Of a stretch of 64,000 bases of DNA, positions 57,684 to 64,000 are shown in pieces. The notes under the pieces were generated by a model. That model ran no database searches and was not told the origin of the DNA. It saw nothing but the letters and a program-made list of their open reading frames with translations. The DNA is taken from positions 26,288,001 to 26,352,000 of the forward strand of contig OZ024750.1 of NCBI GenBank assembly GCA_964016885.1, written 5' to 3'. This DNA is from Eledone cirrhosa (Eukaryota). A program made the translations under genes and the position numbers. Within the stretch, counting starts at the first letter, position 1; every line of letters begins with the position of its first letter.

Positions 57684-58126
57684 ATATATATATATATATA
57701 TATAAAATAGGAAATCAGTAAAATCGAATCTCTGGCGGTTTGCAAGTGAATTCGGCCTACTTATATGAAGTGATGAGTTAGCAAAGCACTCGATAAGGTA
57801 GGTCCTTAGAGTAATAACATACGTTTAAATAGCTTGACAAATCGAACATTGTGGTAGGCTAAACTAACACACAATATATACCAGAGCAACGATAGAACTA
57901 ATCAGGTTGAGTAAAGTACACCTGGACAAATTTAACGAACAGTCGTTCAAAGTGTTTCTTTGAATCCGAAATCAAATATCAGACTTACGTGAAAGGCAAG
58001 TTCCTGGTTTTGGTGATCGAACGTGGGATTCAGTTTATCAACAGGTTTATCGCTCTTCCTGGGATCGGAGTGATAAATTAAATGTTGCTGCTATGAGCTG
58101 CTAATCGTATCTATAATTATCACATG

Positions 58127-58171
<45 letters not shown>

Positions 58172-58728
58172 AATGTAATCTGAGTATTTTCGAAAATTAA
58201 TAGCATTCGATTCGCTTGCAATTATGCAAACAAGCCTGAATTTTATAGCCATGTCAGTAGAATGAACACTTCATTCTTGCTCCTGTGTTGGTATGCGAAC
58301 AGAACTGCAGACACTGATGTTTCTGGGTATCACCCTTCATCAGTGCAGCCCAATGTTCTCCTGCAAAATCGTCAGAGTCAGTGAAAAGATATGCTATTTT
58401 CAAAATACACAGTGACTCATCGGCCTTATTTGCATATTAGCAGACTGGCTGATCAGTCAGATCTGCATATTAGCCAGATTTGCATATTAGCAGACTGGCC
58501 AGTCAGTTTCCTGTATACGGCCGACGTTGCCAAATTTAAATAAAAGAGACAATTTATATATACAAATTTATACACAACAAAGCCTGCAGCTCCATTTTCC
58601 TTCGCTGTCTCCTCTCCCTCTCTCTATGTCCCTCTTTCAATCTACTCTCTTACCACCAAAATCTCTTTCTGTCTATCTTTCACTCTCTCTTGTGTGTGTG
58701 GGTGAGTGGGGTTGCGGGTTTGTATGTG

Positions 58729-58845
<117 letters not shown>

Positions 58846-58881
58846 ATGATGTTTAATATAGAAATCTTATATATATTTCAG

Positions 58882-59016
58882 AATGCCAAATAGGAAAGTT
58901 TGGTGTTGATTGTAAAGAGACATGCCATTGTATTAACAACATAAACTGTGACCAGCGAAATGGAAGATGTTCAGATGGATGTTCTGCAGGTCATACTGGT
59001 GACAATTGCCAAGAAG
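58882..59016 (+). CDS. EGF-like exon 3 (135 nt, phase 1-1)
   Basis: tttcAG / GTATAT. CQIGKFGVDCKETCHCINNINCDQRNGRCSDGCSAGHTGDNCQE. Confidence 0.88.
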
Positions 59017-59195
59017 GTATATCATAAACTTGTTACATAATTACTATAATTACTATATACACACACACACACATATATATATGTGTGTATGTCTGTGTGT
59101 GTGGGGGGGGGGGGGGGTGAGATACAGGTGTGTATGTGCATGTGTTTTTGTGTGTAAATATGATGTATAATATAGAAATCTTATATATATTTCAG

Positions 59196-59330
59196 ATTGC
59201 CCAGTAGGATGGTTTGGTGTTAATTGTAAAGGGGTATGCCATTGTATCAACAACATTAACTGTGACATGATTTATGGAAGATGTTCAGATGGATGTACTG
59301 AGGGTTATGTTGGTGACAATTGCCAAGAAG
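59196..59330 (+). CDS. EGF-like exon 4 (135 nt, phase 1-1)
   Basis: tttcAG / GTATAT. (D)CPVGWFGVNCKGVCHCINNINCDMIYGRCSDGCTEGYVGDNCQE. Confidence 0.88.
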
Positions 59331-59370
59331 GTATATTATAAAGTTGTTACGTATTTGCTACACCCACCCA

Positions 59371-59486
<116 letters not shown>

Positions 59487-60040
59487 ACACACCGACATAC
59501 ACACACAGACCCACACACTTACTTCAATCTAGATTCTCACTTGTAAATTTTTTAATTTTTAATTTTTGATTCCTGATTTTTAATTTTTAATTTTTAGTTT
59601 TAATTTCCAACTCTCATTCATAATTTCCACTGTGAAACCATAATACCTAGAATTAAGTATGTTTTCTCTTAGAAGTTGATGGTCAATTCTACTGTCCATC
59701 CTTAATGTAGGGTAGTATTGAGATCTATTGATACGCACACTCTCCCAACCCCACTAGCTTTTGGTGGACTGCCACTGACAGGGTGGATAGCAGTAAACTA
59801 TATATTACAGGCCTGAATAGGTCATTGTTTGGTTGAGAGGGGGAACGGCCTGGGCGAATTTCGTTGAAATTTGAGGTAGCAGATGGTCAACTTCCTTCGG
59901 ATCTGCGCCTGCGCAGACCGGTGGGGCTAAATTGGTACTCACAAGGGAAACGGACGAAGAACCCAAAAACACACACATCGTCCGTCCCCATGTCGATTCA
60001 ATTTGAATTGCCTCGGAAACATAACCTTATTATTTAACAA

Positions 60041-60114
60041 GCTGTCTGACGATGTCGCGGTACTGGCGCACGGAATAGTCTGTCCTCTGTCGCCATTGAA
60101 ATATGTATCACAGC
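60041..60114 (+). ncRNA. Hammerhead ribozyme, intronic, sense to the EGF gene
   Basis: GCUGU-CUGACGA-ugucg..(~35 nt)..cgccauu-GAAA-uaugua-UC/-ACAGC. Confidence 0.7.
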
Positions 60115-60708
60115 ATTATTATTAAAGGACTTTAACATCTGAATCTACTTATTAGATATTTACTCCGTCACTCCTATGTGGAATAAGAACGTTGAATGCT
60201 TCAATTGAATTACATCAATATTTACCTTGCAGACACTGATATTTCTGGGTATCACCCTTCATCAGCACAGTCCAATGTTCTCCTGCAAAACCGTCAGAGC
60301 CAGTGAAAAGATATGCTATATTTATATATACACAGTGACGCAACGGCCTGATTTGCATATTAGCGGACTGGCTGATCAGTCAGATCTACATATTAGCCAG
60401 ATTTGCATATCAGCAGACTGGCCAGTCAGTTTCCTGTATACGAGCGATAAATGGCCGACTTTGCCAAATTTAAATAAAAGAGACAATTTATATATACAAA
60501 TATATACACAACAAAGCCTGCAGCTCCATTTTGCTTCGCTGTCTTCTCTCCCTCTCTCTCTGTCCCTCTTTCAATCTACTCTCTTACCACCACAATCTCT
60601 TTCTCTCTATCATTCACTCTCTCTTGTGTGTGTGGATGTGTGGTGGGTGCAGGTGTGCGTGTGTGTGTAAATATGATGTTTAATATAGAAATCTTATATA
60701 TATTTCAG

Positions 60709-60843
60709 AATGTCGAATAGGAAAGTTTGGTGTTAATTGTAAAGGGACATGCCATTGTATCAACAACACAAACTGTGACAAGCGAAATGGAAGATGTTCA
60801 GATGGATGTGCTGTAGGTCATACTGGTGACAATTGCCAAGAAG
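60709..60843 (+). CDS. EGF-like exon 5 (135 nt, phase 1-1)
   Basis: tttcAG / GTATAT. (E)CRIGKFGVNCKGTCHCINNTNCDKRNGRCSDGCAVGHTGDNCQE. Confidence 0.88.
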
Positions 60844-60886
60844 GTATATCATAAACTTGTTACATAATTACTATAATTAATATATA

Positions 60887-60917
<31 letters not shown>

Positions 60918-61026
60918 GTGTGTTTGTGTATGTGTATGTGTGTGTGTGTGTGGGGGGGGGGTGTATGTGCATGAGTTTGTGTGAGTAAATATGATGTTTA
61001 ATATAAAAATCTTATATATATTTCAG

Positions 61027-61158
61027 ATTGCCCAGTAGGATGGTTTGGTGTTAATTGTAAAGGGACATGCCATTGTAACGACAACATTAACTGTGACATC
61101 CTTAATGGAAGATGTTCAGATGGATGTACTTCAGGTTATATTGGTGACAATTGCCAAG
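61027..61158 (+). CDS. EGF-like exon 6 (132 nt, phase 1-1)
   Basis: tttcAG / GTACAT. (D)CPVGWFGVNCKGTCHCNDNINCDILNGRCSDGCTSGYIGDNCQ. Confidence 0.85.
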
Positions 61159-61480
61159 GTACATCATAAACTTGTTACATAATTACTATAATTACTATAT
61201 ACACACACAGATATATGTGTATGCGTGGGCGTTTGTGTGTGTTGGTATGTGGTGGGTGAAGGTTTGTGCATGCATGTGTTTGTGTGTGTGTGTAAATATG
61301 ATGTTTTTACTATACACACGTATTTACTATACACACACACACACACACACACACAACACACACACTTACACACATACACTCACACATACGCACACATGCA
61401 CACACTCACACACACACACACACAATCACACATATATATGTATATGTTTGCATATGTATGTGTGTGTTTGTGCATGTGTA

Positions 61481-61704
61481 TGTGTGTGTGTGTGTGGAAA
61501 TATGATGTTTAATATAGAAATAGCTTCTACAGGGCTAGAATAGATCCATCCAAAGAAATCATCAGGAAACGGCTTTCCTGGTGATTACTTTTGAATGAAA
61601 TAGTTCTAATAGTCGTTTCCTGATGATTTCTTTGGATGGATCTATTCTAGCCCTGTAGAAGCGATTTCTATATTAAACATCATATTTCCACACACACACA
61701 CACA
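61481..61704. repeat. Fold-back that includes the host pre-acceptor sequence
   Basis: (TG)n-gaaatatgatgtttaatatagaaat-agcttctacagggc...tcaggaaacg is the reverse complement of 61614-61704, with a ~42-nt spacer. Confidence 0.85.
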
Positions 61705-61714
61705 CACACACACC

Positions 61715-61749
<35 letters not shown>

Positions 61750-61806
61750 GACGTAGAATAAGAAAATTTTAAAAATCAAAAATCAACTTACTTACTAAAA
61801 TTTTCA

Positions 61807-61886
61807 CTCCAACTAATTAGTTTCTGTATGGGGATAAATATAGTTACATAATATAACTATAGAGAATTCCATACGTCATCAGGGAG
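61807..61886 (-). ncRNA. Hammerhead ribozyme with extended stem II
   Basis: CUCC-CUGAUGA-c-GUAUGG..(~38 nt)..CCAUAC-a-GAAAC-uaauua-GUU/-GGAG. Confidence 0.78.
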
Positions 61887-62514
61887 TCTATTCTCAGCTA
61901 AGTTCCCAGGCGATGCGCGGACACTAGGAACCCATATAAAAATAATAATAATTCAGTGGATGGAACAAAGCTAGCGAGTACTAAATTCACTGCCTCTGGT
62001 CAGTGGCAGGTTCTAAAGAATCAATCACGTGACACTGAGGTTAATCAGTTAGGAGCGGAGTGGTATTGTGACAAGAGCCTACTACTACCATGAATCAGCA
62101 GTAAATTTTGGCAAGTTTTGCTCAACAAATAATTTGGAGATAAATATAGAGAATTAGTATATTTACCAACATATGTGTACAGATGTTCACCTATGCTAGC
62201 AAATATATGTTATGTCTTAGTACCTTTGTTGTTCTATGCAGTAAATATGGTTTTATAAATATAGTTTCCATTTATCATTATCTTGGAATATTTACTCCAT
62301 TAATTTTTGAGTGTTCTATATCAGTTATAAACAGTAAGTAAGTTGATTTTTGATTTTTAAAATTTTCCTATTCTACGTATTTCATATAATTGTTCTGCAT
62401 CCCCCTGCATAGAACCATAAAGGTACTAAGACATAACATATATATTTGCTAGCATAGGTGAACATCTGTGCACATATGTTGGTTAATATACTAATTCTAT
62501 ATATATATATCATT

Positions 62515-63211
62515 ATGGATATGTGTCTCATTCATGAATATTGATATTTACATTATAATACCTAATTCATAAAAATTGATAATTCAAATGGATGAGACAT
62601 AATATATTTTAAATATATCATCTTTCTTTCTTTTTCTCCTCTACACTGGACGTGATTTATCTGTCGGCTATTTTAACTGTATCCCTTCCTTCCTTAACCT
62701 CTCACTTGTACGAGGATCATCTGTCCCAAAGCTGCCTACTATATTTTTTTCACTTCCACAATATATTTCTCTCTCCCATATCTCCTTCTCTCTCTATCTC
62801 GCTCTGTTGTTTTTCTTTACATACATCTCTTCATCTTCTTCTTTTTATCTTCGTTTTTCTTTTTCTTTCTTTTTCTTTTTCTTTTTCTTTTTCTTTTTCT
62901 TCGTCTTTCTTTCTCTATAACTGTCCTCAACAGTTTCACTACAAAATCAACTTTTTAAATGGAAGTTTCATTATTCTAAGGTATGTCAAAATTATTTATA
63001 AAACAGCTTATATATTGTATTTTGTCTGAGGAAGGCATACCATATTTTCAATATGATATCCCAGAAATATATATAACGAAATAAATATGGTTTTATAAAT
63101 ATAGTTTCCATTTGTTTAATATCGTAAACCTACTCCAAAAACTGTTGAGTGCTTTTATATCAGTTATAAAATATTTACTCGTTGTAACCCAACTATTTTA
63201 AATAAATCTTT

Positions 63212-63216
<5 letters not shown>
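62515..63216 (+). mobile_element. PLE 3' region (same family as 22276-23035) with hammerhead at 63018-63083
   Basis: Reverse-complement match to 22280-23035. tattttgt-CTGAGGA-...-GAAA-tatata-TA-acgaaata. Confidence 0.8.
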
Positions 63217-63264
<48 letters not shown>

Positions 63265-64000
63265 ATACAACTGGTTTTTCCACATTATACATATTGTTAG
63301 CACCCCAAACACTTAAATTGGGTTTATATTTTAATATAACCTAATGTTTGTTGAGTGAGATGGTTACCAGTCAGAGTTTAGCTTTAAACTATCTCTGTTA
63401 TTGTATTAAATATTTACTCCTGAATGGCCAGAGGTGTTTATTTCCAGGTACCTTATGAATTTGACTTTCCGTATTTATTACTGTTGTGATATATTGTGGC
63501 TTTTTGGGGTTGTAACTTCTCTGTTTTTTAGCCTAGGAAAATATATATATATATGCCTACGTATATAATTACATGCATATATGTATTTATTTTCTTTTAT
63601 TAATTGAGTTCTTTACACGAGGAATTAATATTGGTTTTTAAATAACTAATTAACCCGCGTGTGTTTTATATTTTACTCTTAATAATTCGGCCGGAGAATT
63701 ATATTCCCATTTGCCCTTTATAGCATAACTTTCTGCATTTACTGCGGTTCTTATTCGGGTACAACTTCTGATTTAGCCTAAGAAAATATCTATATGCCTG
63801 TGTAATTTATACAAGCATATATTTATTTTTTTATTTTCAATTGAGTTCTTAAACACGTTGGATTGATAATGTTTTCAAAAAACTAATTAACCCGCGTGTA
63901 TATTATTATTTTTTTCTTTATTTCGTGGGTTGTCTCCCCTTCCCGCTTCGTGTCGCTATGATAATTCCTCAGTCAAAAACTGCTGGAAATTCAAATTTAG

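Overview
AT-rich animal genomic DNA packed with (TA)n, (CA)n, (TACA)n, (AAT)n and (GAA)n microsatellites. The SINE families look octopus-like (coleoid cephalopod), which is an inference. Most entries in the six-frame ORF track are microsatellite artefacts. Host content on the + strand is one transmembrane exon (98-188), a possible repeat-encoded cytoplasmic exon (8631-8955) and six phase-1/phase-1 EGF-like exons (31503-61158) of a MEGF10/Draper/SCARF-type receptor; five of these arose by recent local tandem duplication. The rest is retroelement debris: R4/Dong-like LINEs stacked in (AAT)n, CRE, RTE and Tx1-like remnants, SINEs and many Penelope-like elements (PLEs) in (TA)n tracts. The most striking signal is non-coding: about 15 different hammerhead-ribozyme (HHR) motif families (about 25 copies), read by eye, mostly inside PLE pseudo-LTRs that form 0.2-2.6 kb fold-back palindromes. 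They include two independent U3-A8 compensatory-core variants, hammerheads with 50-105 nt stem-II inserts, and fold-backs that copied host intron sequence at the borders of the EGF exon duplications. All structures are manual predictions and none has been tested for activity.
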